From a virus (Duplodnaviria > Caudoviricetes), in IMG/VR virus record IMGVR_UViG_3300030433_002207, positions 1 through 44,587 of that record: a stretch of DNA of 44,587 nucleotides. One strand, written 5' to 3'. Made by a program: the position numbers and the translations under genes. Position 1 is the first letter of the stretch. The number at the start of each line of letters is the position of its first letter. Below, in pieces: positions 7,803 through 16,540 of the stretch. The notes under the pieces are model-generated. The model was not told the origin of the DNA and searched no databases. It saw only the letters and a list, made by a program, of their open reading frames with translations.

Positions 7803-9733
7803 TACTCAACTCCCTGTTTGTCTGACCAACGATTGTCAATTCGGTCTACGTCGACTGGCGTAACAATCTCAAACATATCACCAGCGGACTCCATCAGTCT
7901 CTTGATGTTGCGGGGGACCGCAGATAGCTTCTTACGACCGACTGACTTGTCGTAATCAATAACAAGCTCATCGTGAATGCACATGATAAGTTTGCCTTTG
8001 TCATTCTTCGGGAAATCGTCGTCAGGCTTCAACCAGTTGCTGACAGCTATCATGGCGTGGTTCAGGATATCACCAGCAGAGCCTTGGATCTTATAGTTGG
8101 TTCCGATGTAAGGCTTCTCTTCAGGAACCTGAAGCTTGTAACCACTGATGGTTCTCACGCATCCAGTGCGATTGACTTCCTTCGAAGTCTGATCCATGAA
8201 GTTACCAATGCCGGGAAAGGCTTCTTTGAAAACCTTGTCGAAGTTTTTAACTCCGGTCATGGCTTCTAGCTTCGCTTTCCCCGCTCCATAAATGAGTCCG
8301 TAATTAACTCCTTTAGCCGCCTTCCGACTAATGGAACAGGAGTCAGCAGTAAGGGTGTGGATATCCTGTCCCTCTTCAAATGCTCGTAATAGCTTTTCCT
8401 CTTTCGCAAGCACAGCCAGTATCCGAAGCTCCAACTGAGAATAATCAGCGGAAAACCAGACATGCCCGTTGGGAGGGCCAAACACATCTCTAAGACAAAA
8501 ATCGTCCACAGCAACTCCGAACGCATCTTTGCCACCCGCCCCGATGTTCTGCCCATTGGGATTGCTTGATGACCAGCGTGTCGTTCTGGTCCCTGTTTGA
8601 TTGAACGATGGATGAAGAACAGTTCTCTTACCCTCCTTCAGTGATAGGTTTTTGTAGCTCGTGAGATACTGTGAGCAGGTTTGATTCTTCCTATGCGTAA
8701 GTATATTCGCAATGAAGGGTCGAGCGTGAGATCTCTTTCCAACGTGACCACGATACAACTCCAGCAAAGTACTAGCTGATGTACTGGCTCCCGTCTTGGT
8801 TGTCTCAATGACGGGGCAATTCAATCCTTTCTGGCGAGCAGGGGTATCTCCATCAGGGTCTCCGTACAGCACTTTGGATATCTGTAGCCCGGAACGAATG
8901 TTGAACTCGTCGTCGAGCAGTCCCTTCTTAGCTACCATCTCGATGCAAGCCTCTTCGCACTCTTCAGCAGCTTCAGTGTACCTCTTGATCTCTTTGGTAA
9001 GTGTACGAGGCTTCAGCGTGATACCTGATTGCTCCATTCTGAAGGTGAGAGGGACAAGCTGTTTGCGGGTCTCGTAATGCTCTTGCAGCTTCTCTTCCTT
9101 CAGGACAACTCGATACATCATCCACAGCAGGATAGTTCTTACGGCATCCTGAACAGCATACCTCTCTAGAACCTTCGACTCTGGGTCGACTGCTTTCGGC
9201 AGCCAGTAGTCGCAGTGAGTTGAAGAGGTGTTGCTCAGGGCTTTGCCAAGAGTCCAGCCTTTAGCTTTCGCTGCTCTTCTAGCTGCTCGAACTGCGTCCA
9301 GAAGCTCCTCCTGATCATCTTCCATGATATCGAGGTAGTTATCAGCTAAGTACTTCAGGCCATGAGGCTCTTCGCTGTTGCAGACATGGGAAGCTAACAG
9401 AGTATCCTCAAATCCCTCCAGAACTGCTTCGAACTTATGATCTTCATACGGGGCTGAAGCCCATCCTGAGTCCTTAAATACGAGCCTGATCCCCAAGTTA
9501 CGTAGGGCTTTTACATCGAACTTGATGTTGTGAAATACGAGCGTAGATCCATCGATGTAATCTACGAGTTCTTGAAGCTCCTCTTCAGGAGCCATGACTT
9601 GTCTGGTGTGAGGGTCTACAGGCCACTCCCAAAGCTTTGTTAATCCGTTTTCATCGCAGGTCGTGACTGCGAATGGGGTTGCTCCGTGGAACATGTCTAC
9701 CCCAGTGGTCTCGGTGTCGAGAGCAATTAGCAT
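7802..9733 (-). CDS. polA: Family A DNA polymerase with 3'-5' exonuclease domain
   Basis: ALDTETTG, HNIKFD, YAVQDA (Exo I-III); TRTTRWSSSNPNGQN, DYSQLELR, RKAAKGVNYGLIYG, IQGSAGD, IHDEL. Start MLIALD at 9733 follows an AAGGA RBS. Confidence 0.95.
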   Translation of the reverse strand: MLIALDTETTGVDMFHGATPFAVTTCDENGLTKLWEWPVDPHTRQVMAPEEELQELVDYIDGSTLVFHNIKFDVKALRNLGIRLVFKDSGWASAPYEDHKFEAVLEGFEDTLLASHVCNSEEPHGLKYLADNYLDIMEDDQEELLDAVRAARRAAKAKGWTLGKALSNTSSTHCDYWLPKAVDPESKVLERYAVQDAVRTILLWMMYRVVLKEEKLQEHYETRKQLVPLTFRMEQSGITLKPRTLTKEIKRYTEAAEECEEACIEMVAKKGLLDDEFNIRSGLQISKVLYGDPDGDTPARQKGLNCPVIETTKTGASTSASTLLELYRGHVGKRSHARPFIANILTHRKNQTCSQYLTSYKNLSLKEGKRTVLHPSFNQTGTRTTRWSSSNPNGQNIGAGGKDAFGVAVDDFCLRDVFGPPNGHVWFSADYSQLELRILAVLAKEEKLLRAFEEGQDIHTLTADSCSISRKAAKGVNYGLIYGAGKAKLEAMTGVKNFDKVFKEAFPGIGNFMDQTSKEVNRTGCVRTISGYKLQVPEEKPYIGTNYKIQGSAGDILNHAMIAVSNWLKPDDDFPKNDKGKLIMCIHDELVIDYDKSVGRKKLSAVPRNIKRLMESAGDMFEIVTPVDVDRIDNRWSDKQGVE

Positions 9734-9746
9734 GGTTCGGTTCCTT

Positions 9747-9786
9747 AAAAAAGAAAGGGAGGGCATGCGAACACACCCTCCCTCTC
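9747..9786 (-). terminator. Intrinsic terminator between SSB-like gene and polymerase
   Basis: GAGAGGGAGGGTGTG-TTCG-CATGCCCTCCCTTTC followed by a T run. Confidence 0.75.
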
Positions 9787-9804
9787 AGGGCAGTAGAGGT
9801 ATCG

Positions 9805-10515
9805 TTAAAACGGGATATCATCCCCGATGTAATCGCCGAGATCATCCCAAGCAACTCCATCGAAAGTCTTGTCTTCCTGCGTCTTCAGGTCAACAGTCTC
9901 TTCGTCAGAATCAACCGCCATTACTTCCACATTAACAGGAGTCTTTCGTTTTGGCGGAGTGTACTCGTACCAATCACCGACTTCGGGATCATCTTCACCA
10001 CTGTCGTCAGAAGAACCAATTGCTGGAGCGTCTGAGTCTTCCAGTCGCTTGTTAACGTACACGTTGATGTAGTTATTACCGTTGTATTCGGAGTTCACTA
10101 CAGCAATCTGTACGACTGGATTCTCATCGTTGAGATCGCTAACCAGAGTCTCTACATCTTCAGGCTGAATATCAGCTACATCCTGAGACGCTAATCGACT
10201 CACATCGGTCAGCAGGCTACCAAGAGCTTGCTCAAGAGTACGCCTGCCCTTCTCTGCGATGGAGTGGAATTTGCTCAAACGCACTCCCTGAAATTCCCCA
10301 CGCAAGACTTTGAAATCAAAGGCTGCGTATGGGTTGCCATTCTTATCGGTTCCGGTACGACCAGACTCGACAGTGGCTACATAAGTTCCATCGTCAATCG
10401 GTTGCTGCTCATACGAGCCACCACTTTTGACATTACTTTTGCCTTGCTCCCATGCATCGTTTCCGACTTTCTTGACAGCGGCGGCAAATCCTTGGGCTTG
10501 TTTTTCACGAGCCAT
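9805..10515 (-). CDS. Single-stranded DNA-binding protein-like (DUF669-like)
   Basis: IDDGTYVATV...FKVLRGEFQG pattern; acidic tail ending DDIPF; adjacent to the AAA_24 ATPase. Confidence 0.75.
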   Translation of the reverse strand: MAREKQAQGFAAAVKKVGNDAWEQGKSNVKSGGSYEQQPIDDGTYVATVESGRTGTDKNGNPYAAFDFKVLRGEFQGVRLSKFHSIAEKGRRTLEQALGSLLTDVSRLASQDVADIQPEDVETLVSDLNDENPVVQIAVVNSEYNGNNYINVYVNKRLEDSDAPAIGSSDDSGEDDPEVGDWYEYTPPKRKTPVNVEVMAVDSDEETVDLKTQEDKTFDGVAWDDLGDYIGDDIPF

Positions 10516-10528
10516 AGTTCAGTTCCTT

Positions 10529-11386
10529 TCAAACAATTGTTGAAGTGGATGCAATCAACGATTCGTCAATCTCATTGTTGAATGCATCGGTTAAAATTTT
10601 GTAGCTCTCCTCGTGAGAGTTACCAGAAAAAAATGTTTCAATCGGAGTTCCATCAGCAGTCCTGAATTGATCCGTTGGACCGCATGAACTCCAAATGCGT
10701 CCCGGGTTGCGAACTGTTAACGCACGGCGGCTTTCGGTGTAGCCGAAGTGGATTGCAAGATCACAAACTGCCTTCAAGTACTTCCATGCAGCAGGTGCGC
10801 AAGTGGGAACCCATTGGTTGTCACCCTCATGCGATTCTACTTCACGGAGGTGGGCGTGGCTGATGAAGATCAATCCCTTGTCCGCATACAGCAACTTGTT
10901 CATGGTTTGCTCAAAATCATCCTTGATGACTCGCCATGTTCGCCCGTGGTCATTTGCGTCAGAAGGGTCTTTGATTCCCTTCTGGAAGCAATGGTGGTTA
11001 ATGCAAGCTTCCCATGCACGATCCACCGTATCGATGCCTACAGTGTCGACTGTGTCGTCTGCAAGCACTGCTTTGGTGTACTCTTTGATCAACATCCATG
11101 GAGTCATCTTTGGGTTCGACTCTTCCATGTCACGAATGCTCATTGGATCTACGTTCACCTGACGGATTCTCAGGTTCCTACGCTTGGGTTCCAGCATGAT
11201 GATTAATGAGTTCTCAAACTGAGCAGCGAGAGATGTTTTACCAACTCCCTTCTCCCCGAAAAGACAGATTGCATAATCCGTCAGTGTGGTGGAAGGCTCG
11301 TTAACTTCATCAACAGATGGAATCCGTATTGCTGAGACTCCTGATGAAGCTTTCTTCTTTCGTCGGACTTGTTTAGTCTTCGCCAT
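10529..11386 (-). CDS. AAA_24/Sak4-like ATPase (recombination)
   Basis: LFGEKGVGKTS, VGIDTVD, LIFISH. Confidence 0.8.
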   Translation of the reverse strand: MAKTKQVRRKKKASSGVSAIRIPSVDEVNEPSTTLTDYAICLFGEKGVGKTSLAAQFENSLIIMLEPKRRNLRIRQVNVDPMSIRDMEESNPKMTPWMLIKEYTKAVLADDTVDTVGIDTVDRAWEACINHHCFQKGIKDPSDANDHGRTWRVIKDDFEQTMNKLLYADKGLIFISHAHLREVESHEGDNQWVPTCAPAAWKYLKAVCDLAIHFGYTESRRALTVRNPGRIWSSCGPTDQFRTADGTPIETFFSGNSHEESYKILTDAFNNEIDESLIASTSTIV

Positions 11387-11918
11387 TGGTTAGCTCCTCA
11401 TTTTTCCAAATTCTAAAATGGTTGATATCAATGTGCATCATCATTTCAATGTCCCGAGGATTTCCTCGGTCTACCCTGCCACCTTCATGCAAATACATTC
11501 CAGCAGGTCGAAAGTCATCTGATTCGTACATGTTCGTTGACACGTTTCTCAGAGTTTCCTTCGTGATTTCGATGAAGCCAATTGCATCAGTCCATTGCAC
11601 ACAAAGATAAAACTTCACTCCGAGACTGTCTGCGAGCAATACGTTACTTACGATCTTGTTTAGACTGATCATGTATGTGTTGTAAGCATCGCTAGTGCAG
11701 GTTCTTACTTTGATCTCAAGAGTACCAGCGAGTCGAAACCCGATTGGCACAGACATGAAAATCATCCTATCGCAGGAGTGAAGGTTTGGCGTGTGCTTCA
11801 TTTGAAAATGAGGCGTGACTCCCGTTACATCATAAACGTGTTCTTTCAAACAGCTTATGAATTTATGGGAAGCAACTTCTTCTTTGCTGATATCCTCAGC
11901 AGTTTCATAAATTGGCAT
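11373..11918 (-). CDS. PD-(D/E)xK-type nuclease-like protein
   Basis: D...LEIKVR...YMISLNK...WTD...GGRVDRGNPRDIE pattern common in phage nucleases. Confidence 0.6.
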   Translation of the reverse strand: MPIYETAEDISKEEVASHKFISCLKEHVYDVTGVTPHFQMKHTPNLHSCDRMIFMSVPIGFRLAGTLEIKVRTCTSDAYNTYMISLNKIVSNVLLADSLGVKFYLCVQWTDAIGFIEITKETLRNVSTNMYESDDFRPAGMYLHEGGRVDRGNPRDIEMMMHIDINHFRIWKNEELTNGED

Positions 11919-11927
11919 GATTAGCTC

Positions 11928-12896
11928 CTATTCGGTTCTTCTGTACAAGCCCTCAGTACTACCTCTGGTAAGGAGGTTAAAGTACCTTGATTTACCATAC
12001 TTCGTGAACAAGGCTCCGGGGTTCTGGAAGTGCTGCGGGGAATCCCACGGCTCAAATGGATTTTCTTTTATCGACTCCCACCACAATCCAACTTGATCGA
12101 GAATGGGGTTCAAGGTTCGATCTACCCAGTTCACAATATCTTCAGGAAGTAGTTCGACCTTCCATCGCATAAAATAGTAATCTGGGCGTGTCACTATATC
12201 ATCTTCAACTCGCCATGTAAACTCCTCAAGCGACTCATTTTTCTTTTGACGCAGAAGAGGTCGACGAGCCACGTTGTACAGGACCCCTGCAACCTGCCTT
12301 CCAGTACGCTGTTGTAGAGCATGCACGTAGAGCATTGTTTGCAGATCCTGCGGGAGAGCGGTCATGATCGCTTCTTCGTCGATTTGGGCTTTGGTCTTAT
12401 TCTCCATAAGCCACAGACGACCATCCTGATCATAGTAGGCGGCATCCCATCTTCCTCTGAGCGGAATGGATGCTCCCGTGGTTGTTACGTGGTCCACTTT
12501 GAAGGACTCTTCGTAGAACAGGTAGCTGAAGTTCTGGTCGTAGCCTTCCCAGTGTTTAACGTATTGCTTGAAAGCAACTTCAACCAAACTCAGTAGCTTG
12601 ATAAGCAACTCTTTGTCGCTGTCGTTCAACTTCTCAGATCTACGTTCGTAGAATGGGTTGAGGATCTTCCAGCGAATGGTTTTTGGACTACGGCCTTTGG
12701 CAATCCACTCTAAGCAATCGTGGAATGCTAATCCGTAAGTTATAGCTTGGCTAAATCCAGATGAAGCCCAGCCTTCTACGTAGCTCAGTCTGGCTTGTTC
12801 TCTGTCGAGCAACCACTCATCCAGAAATGAATAAGTGATTCCATCTTTAGCGATATCACGAAATGGTTTCTTCGTCTTCGTCGTCTTCCGAGGCAT
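11928..12896 (-). CDS. PD-(D/E)xK exonuclease (RecB/Cas4-like, phage recombination)
   Basis: ITYS, GLAFH, LRGRWD, LMENKT, QTMLY motifs. Confidence 0.8.
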   Translation of the reverse strand: MPRKTTKTKKPFRDIAKDGITYSFLDEWLLDREQARLSYVEGWASSGFSQAITYGLAFHDCLEWIAKGRSPKTIRWKILNPFYERRSEKLNDSDKELLIKLLSLVEVAFKQYVKHWEGYDQNFSYLFYEESFKVDHVTTTGASIPLRGRWDAAYYDQDGRLWLMENKTKAQIDEEAIMTALPQDLQTMLYVHALQQRTGRQVAGVLYNVARRPLLRQKKNESLEEFTWRVEDDIVTRPDYYFMRWKVELLPEDIVNWVDRTLNPILDQVGLWWESIKENPFEPWDSPQHFQNPGALFTKYGKSRYFNLLTRGSTEGLYRRTE

Positions 12897-13038
12897 CTTC
12901 TACTACTCCCCTCAGTGTTTGTTCTATAAATTGTTTGGCTTGGTCTTTGTCAACAAAGCGAGTCACTACCACTCCGAGTGGGCTGACTACTTCGTAAAAA
13001 CGGTCGTCATGACTGTAATGAATTTCAAAGTGAGACAT
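12856..13038 (-). CDS. Small hypothetical protein
   Basis: ORF track; fills the gap between RuvC-like and exonuclease genes; 41-nt overlap. Confidence 0.45.
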   Translation of the reverse strand: MSHFEIHYSHDDRFYEVVSPLGVVVTRFVDKDQAKQFIEQTLRGVVEDASEDDEDEETIS

Positions 13039-13083
13039 GGTTTATATACTAATCTGGTTTTCGGTTCAATAGATAATCTGACT

Positions 13084-13530
13084 TTAGGAATAAAAATCTT
13101 TTGCAGATCGAAGTTGTCTACAGTACTCAGCGATCAAGAGAGCATCAGCAATAGCGTGTGTGATTTTCAACTCCGGGAAGAGTTGCTGTGCTTTGGCTTT
13201 GGTGATGTTCTTGTTGCCCTTGGTTCTGCACGAAAGCTTGGTCATCCATTTGACAGGTAATACCTCATCAAACGGAACCTCACTTGCGATCAACATTCCA
13301 CGTAGGAATCCGTAGCTTTGTCCAAACGTGAACGCACTACGGACTCCCATTTGTGGACTGCTGTGTACTCTCTCAATGATCCCGAATCGAATAGATGATT
13401 TATATTGCTGGATGATATCCCAAAGATCTCTTTCGGTCTCTGGCATCTTCCATGCAAGATACTCTTCGTCAGAAACGAGAGCAACTCCTCCACTCTTGCC
13501 GGGGTCAATTCCAAGATAGTACTTACTCAT
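13084..13530 (-). CDS. RuvC-like Holliday junction resolvase
   Basis: YLGIDPGKSGG, IERV, SAFTFG, PVKW, ADALLIA; likely start MSKYY at 13530. Confidence 0.85.
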   Translation of the reverse strand: MSKYYLGIDPGKSGGVALVSDEEYLAWKMPETERDLWDIIQQYKSSIRFGIIERVHSSPQMGVRSAFTFGQSYGFLRGMLIASEVPFDEVLPVKWMTKLSCRTKGNKNITKAKAQQLFPELKITHAIADALLIAEYCRQLRSAKDFYS

Positions 13531-14011
13531 ACTTTGCCTCGATAGCTTTGATGGCTTTGGCATCCAACACTTTGTTACCAGACCGAGTATCAACTTTAAC
13601 TCCATCTTCGTTGTAACGAAAGCTGAGAGTCTCAGGAGCAACACCTTTGGGTTTGCTCATGCGACCTTTGTTGTAGAGATGTCGGTAGTAGTTAACCGAC
13701 TGACGACCGGAGTCGAGGTTCTCAAGCAAAGTCTTCTCGTGAGGAAACTCAAGACGAACCTGTCGTTCGATTTCCGCATTGGTCATCTTCTTCCCTTTTG
13801 GCAGGATCTCGTTGCCTTCGAACAGGGTGGCCCAGAAAGCCATGATGCCTAATCCGGTTTTCTTGCCGTGAGTTCGATGCCACGTTTTTCGTGGAGCATC
13901 AGGTGTCGATTGGATATCCAACAACTTGTCGAGGTTTGCAGCACTGACTTTAGCTGACTTCTTCTTAGCAGCAGCTTTAGTCTTTGCCCGGGCTTTGTTT
14001 AGGCTTGGCAT
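13523..14011 (-). CDS. Hypothetical basic protein, possible DNA-binding
   Basis: ORF track; K/A-rich N-terminus. Confidence 0.65.
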   Translation of the reverse strand: MPSLNKARAKTKAAAKKKSAKVSAANLDKLLDIQSTPDAPRKTWHRTHGKKTGLGIMAFWATLFEGNEILPKGKKMTNAEIERQVRLEFPHEKTLLENLDSGRQSVNYYRHLYNKGRMSKPKGVAPETLSFRYNEDGVKVDTRSGNKVLDAKAIKAIEAKYE

Positions 14012-14012
14012 T

Positions 14013-14255
14013 TTACTTGTCTCCTTTCAGACAATTCACAGTAAATTCTAAATCCCATACACCTCGTTGCAGTTTGCGAACGAGCGGGATGTTTGCGTTG
14101 ATTACATCGACTGCTATTCCAGCAGACTTTAGTTCTTCGATTGTATCTACCAGTTCGTGATCAATATGAACTGGAGCAGCTTGTGGCTTTTCTTCTGGGG
14201 GAAGAGGGGAGTCCACGACCTTCTTTGCTACTGGTTTTTCTTTTTTCTCTGTCAT
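14013..14255 (-). CDS. Hypothetical protein, first gene of the replication operon
   Basis: ORF track trimmed to MTEKK, which has an AAAGGA RBS. Confidence 0.6.
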   Translation of the reverse strand: MTEKKEKPVAKKVVDSPLPPEEKPQAAPVHIDHELVDTIEELKSAGIAVDVINANIPLVRKLQRGVWDLEFTVNCLKGDK

Positions 14256-14361
14256 CGTTTTTCCTTTCAAATAAATGACTGAACGTAGTTTAGTTGTACT
14301 ACCCAGATAAATCAAGGGCAAAAAAACTTACTATTATTTTGCTCAAACCCCAGATAACCTA

Positions 14362-14390
14362 TTGCAGCGTATTTGTTCTGACGATAGACT
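14362..14390 (+). promoter_or_regulatory. Sigma70-like promoter for the plus-strand cassette
   Basis: TTGCAG-N17-TAGACT in the AT-rich divergent intergenic region. Confidence 0.5.
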
Positions 14391-14406
14391 AAGTATCTCA
14401 GTTAGT

Positions 14407-14435
14407 ATTTAATTTCACAAATTCGTAAGGAATAG
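14407..14435 (+). promoter_or_regulatory. 29-bp repeated motif, copy 3 (ATTTAATTTCACAAATTCGTAAGGAATAG)
   Basis: Between the putative promoter and ATG 14440; overlaps the RBS. Confidence 0.55.
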
Positions 14436-14439
14436 AAAC

Positions 14440-14613
14440 ATGGAAAATTCACTCGAAAGCCAAATTATTGATGCACTAGGAGCCTACTCCTTCATCTTTA
14501 CAAATTCACCTTTAGAGCAATCAAGATACATAAAGCTGGCTGAGAAATATAATGTAGAAACCGCAGTGGAAGAACTCTTCGCTGACGCTGTAGCGTTTGA
14601 ACTTATTGATTAG
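14440..14613 (+). CDS. 57-aa acidic hypothetical protein (MENSLESQIIDALG...AFELID)
   Basis: Hand translation, not in track; AAGGA RBS; leader AGGA(A)TAGAAACATG shared with the next gene. Confidence 0.7.
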   Translation: MENSLESQIIDALGAYSFIFTNSPLEQSRYIKLAEKYNVETAVEELFADAVAFELID

Positions 14614-14677
14614 AAACACCAAGGGGCGTTCGCTACTCGACTACTGAGGTTGGCCCCATTTTTTTTAGGATAGAAAC

Positions 14678-14923
14678 ATGACAAAAGAGCAAGAACGTAA
14701 ATTAGTAAAAGACACATTGTTTACTGTCTTTGGCAGACTTCAATCTGATGATGTTCAAGCTATTGCTAAAACTATGCATGAGCTTGAAATGGCAAGCTCT
14801 CATTACGGATTAAACTCTCAAGTGCAAGCTAACATAGATCATCATGCACAACTAACTAAAGTAGTCGATGCTATGCCTGATTGGCGTATCTCATCATTCG
14901 CAGCGGAGGTAAACAAACTATGA
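14678..14923 (+). CDS. Hypothetical protein
   Basis: ORF track; AGGA RBS. Confidence 0.7.
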   Translation: MTKEQERKLVKDTLFTVFGRLQSDDVQAIAKTMHELEMASSHYGLNSQVQANIDHHAQLTKVVDAMPDWRISSFAAEVNKL

Positions 14924-15138
14924 GTATTCAATTCACTACAGTAAGAGCTACTAAGTCTCTGGCAAAAGAACTTCATTTTCTTGATCCACCAATTGAAGTT
15001 GGGTCATGGGAAGTTAAAGTAGACTTCGATACAGGGACTGAGTATTACGGTCCCTACGCAACCAAGAAAGAAGCTGATGCAGCACGCATTAGCATGAAGA
15101 AGGGGAAGTGGGACAAAGTCCTCAGAGAACTAGGATAG
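14920..15138 (+). CDS. Hypothetical protein (YGPYATKKEA motif)
   Basis: GGAGG RBS; ATGA coupling at 14920. Confidence 0.7.
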   Translation: MSIQFTTVRATKSLAKELHFLDPPIEVGSWEVKVDFDTGTEYYGPYATKKEADAARISMKKGKWDKVLRELG

Positions 15139-15291
15139 GATGCTTCCGTCCTTAGCGGTATGAGTCATGTCGACCGCAGGAAGAGCCAAGGTAGTGAGTG
15201 GCTTTGTAACCACTACTTGCTTGGAAGCAGTCCTCCTTAGACAAACATGCTTCCGAGCCTCCGACATCCTGAGCATGATGTGAAACTGCTC
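15138..15291 (+). ncRNA. Candidate structured RNA: multi-stem/bistable element ending in an H-type pseudoknot
   Basis: Several complementary segments found by eye in a 182-nt intergenic gap; pseudoknot ACATC/GATGT plus GAGCA/TGCTC. Confidence 0.5.
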
Positions 15292-15320
15292 TTTTCATTA
15301 CTTTTTTAAGGAACCGAATC

Positions 15321-15671
15321 GTGGAACAAAAACTACAAAATCTATTTGATGCAATTGATGATGTCTGTGCAGAGCTTGATCAGGCTCATCTGGAAGGTGA
15401 CCTAGATCATATACCTTTGGCAGAGATCCAGTACTACTGGAGCAAGTACAACTTACGTAAACGACTGCTCAGGTCGCTGTATCAAACCAATAAAAGAATC
15501 TTAGAATTCTTAGCTCCAGAGGTCTTTGAAAATCATCAGGAGTTTCGCAAGAAGTGCCTAGCTGATTTAGAAAAGAAACCTGACGACCAAAAGAAATGCC
15601 TCCAGTGTGGATGCGTGTTGGAAGAATGGGAACTTCAACTGTGTGAAGGATGTGAAAAGAGTTATGAATAA
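15321..15671 (+). CDS. Hypothetical protein with C-terminal CxxC...CxxC Zn ribbon
   Basis: ORF track; GTG start with AAGGA RBS. Confidence 0.65.
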   Translation: MEQKLQNLFDAIDDVCAELDQAHLEGDLDHIPLAEIQYYWSKYNLRKRLLRSLYQTNKRILEFLAPEVFENHQEFRKKCLADLEKKPDDQKKCLQCGCVLEEWELQLCEGCEKSYE

Positions 15672-15837
15672 ACATCATCGTGGAACTATGTTATGCATTA
15701 TTGCATTTGGAATTGGAGTGATCTGTGCGTTTGCAGGATGCTCTACCGCAGGCAAAACTGAGACCCGAGTGTTTGACAGTCAGGTCGAATTCGGAGGTGG
15801 TCTTTACCTCCAGAAAGGTGGAGAGTCGTGGAAATAA
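15664..15837 (+). CDS. Small putative lipoprotein
   Basis: MNKHHRG, hydrophobic stretch, then lipobox-like FAGC. Confidence 0.55.
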   Translation: MNKHHRGTMLCIIAFGIGVICAFAGCSTAGKTETRVFDSQVEFGGGLYLQKGGESWK

Positions 15838-16055
15838 TCAAAATCAAATCTAAGAAACATCTGGAGGAAATAAGGAAGTGGAGTTCTCCCGGAACCAGAC
15901 TCAACGTAGGATGGTGGATCATCAGGGATGAAAGAGATGGTTGGTACTTCGGCCATAAGAAGTACAAGAAAGATGTTGAGAAACTAGTCAAAGCCCTTCA
16001 AAAAGCCGAAGGCAAAACTTTTATCGAACCGAAGAAAGAACCGAAAGGGATTTAA
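15828..16055 (+). CDS. Hypothetical basic protein
   Basis: ORF track; GGAG RBS, GTG start. Confidence 0.6.
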   Translation: MEIIKIKSKKHLEEIRKWSSPGTRLNVGWWIIRDERDGWYFGHKKYKKDVEKLVKALQKAEGKTFIEPKKEPKGI

Positions 16056-16056
16056 G

Positions 16057-16533
16057 ATGAGCTTTTTAATCACAGCAATTACAACTGACCATGAGACACG
16101 TACAGCCATGGTTCCAAAAGATGAGATGTACGAAACAATACGAGATATTGTAGGTGGCCTGATACAGCCTCTAAGGATTCCTTTTCCAGAAGAGGTTCTG
16201 GGAACCGATAAGGTTGAAGTTTACATGTACGTGAACGAAGAGGGCATGCTGGAGAACCTTCCAGTTAATCGTGGAGCATCTGCAATAGCTGAGACTGCTT
16301 TTCAGTTCGATGCTAGTGACCCGACTCTTGAAGTGCAATCATTCCGAGGGAATGCAGTATTTGTTGCGGAATGGGTAAAGGCTGATTACTACATTGCCGA
16401 AGATACTCAGTACACAGATATTCCAGATACGATTGTTAAGATCATCAATGACGTTGCTAATTTTCTGAAGGAAAATGAGAGCTTTCATGAGCAGCTTAAC
16501 AACAAGCTTAAAGCGATAGCAGAGTCTAACTAG
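16057..16533 (+). CDS. DUF3846-like protein
   Basis: IVGGLIQ...MYVNEEG...LPVN...GNAVF pattern. Confidence 0.75.
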   Translation: MSFLITAITTDHETRTAMVPKDEMYETIRDIVGGLIQPLRIPFPEEVLGTDKVEVYMYVNEEGMLENLPVNRGASAIAETAFQFDASDPTLEVQSFRGNAVFVAEWVKADYYIAEDTQYTDIPDTIVKIINDVANFLKENESFHEQLNNKLKAIAESN

Positions 16534-16540
16534 AACTGGG

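Noticed and set aside
11928-12896. Cas4-like nuclease as part of a CRISPR system
   Set aside because: No repeat-spacer array or other cas genes. Context with the AAA_24 ATPase and SSB indicates phage recombination.
13531-13644. N-terminal extensions of track ORFs (RuvC-like, also polA, SprT, DUF3310 and 24559..24870)
   Set aside because: The extensions overlap upstream genes or terminators. Downstream starts have RBSs or stop-start coupling and begin at the family motif.
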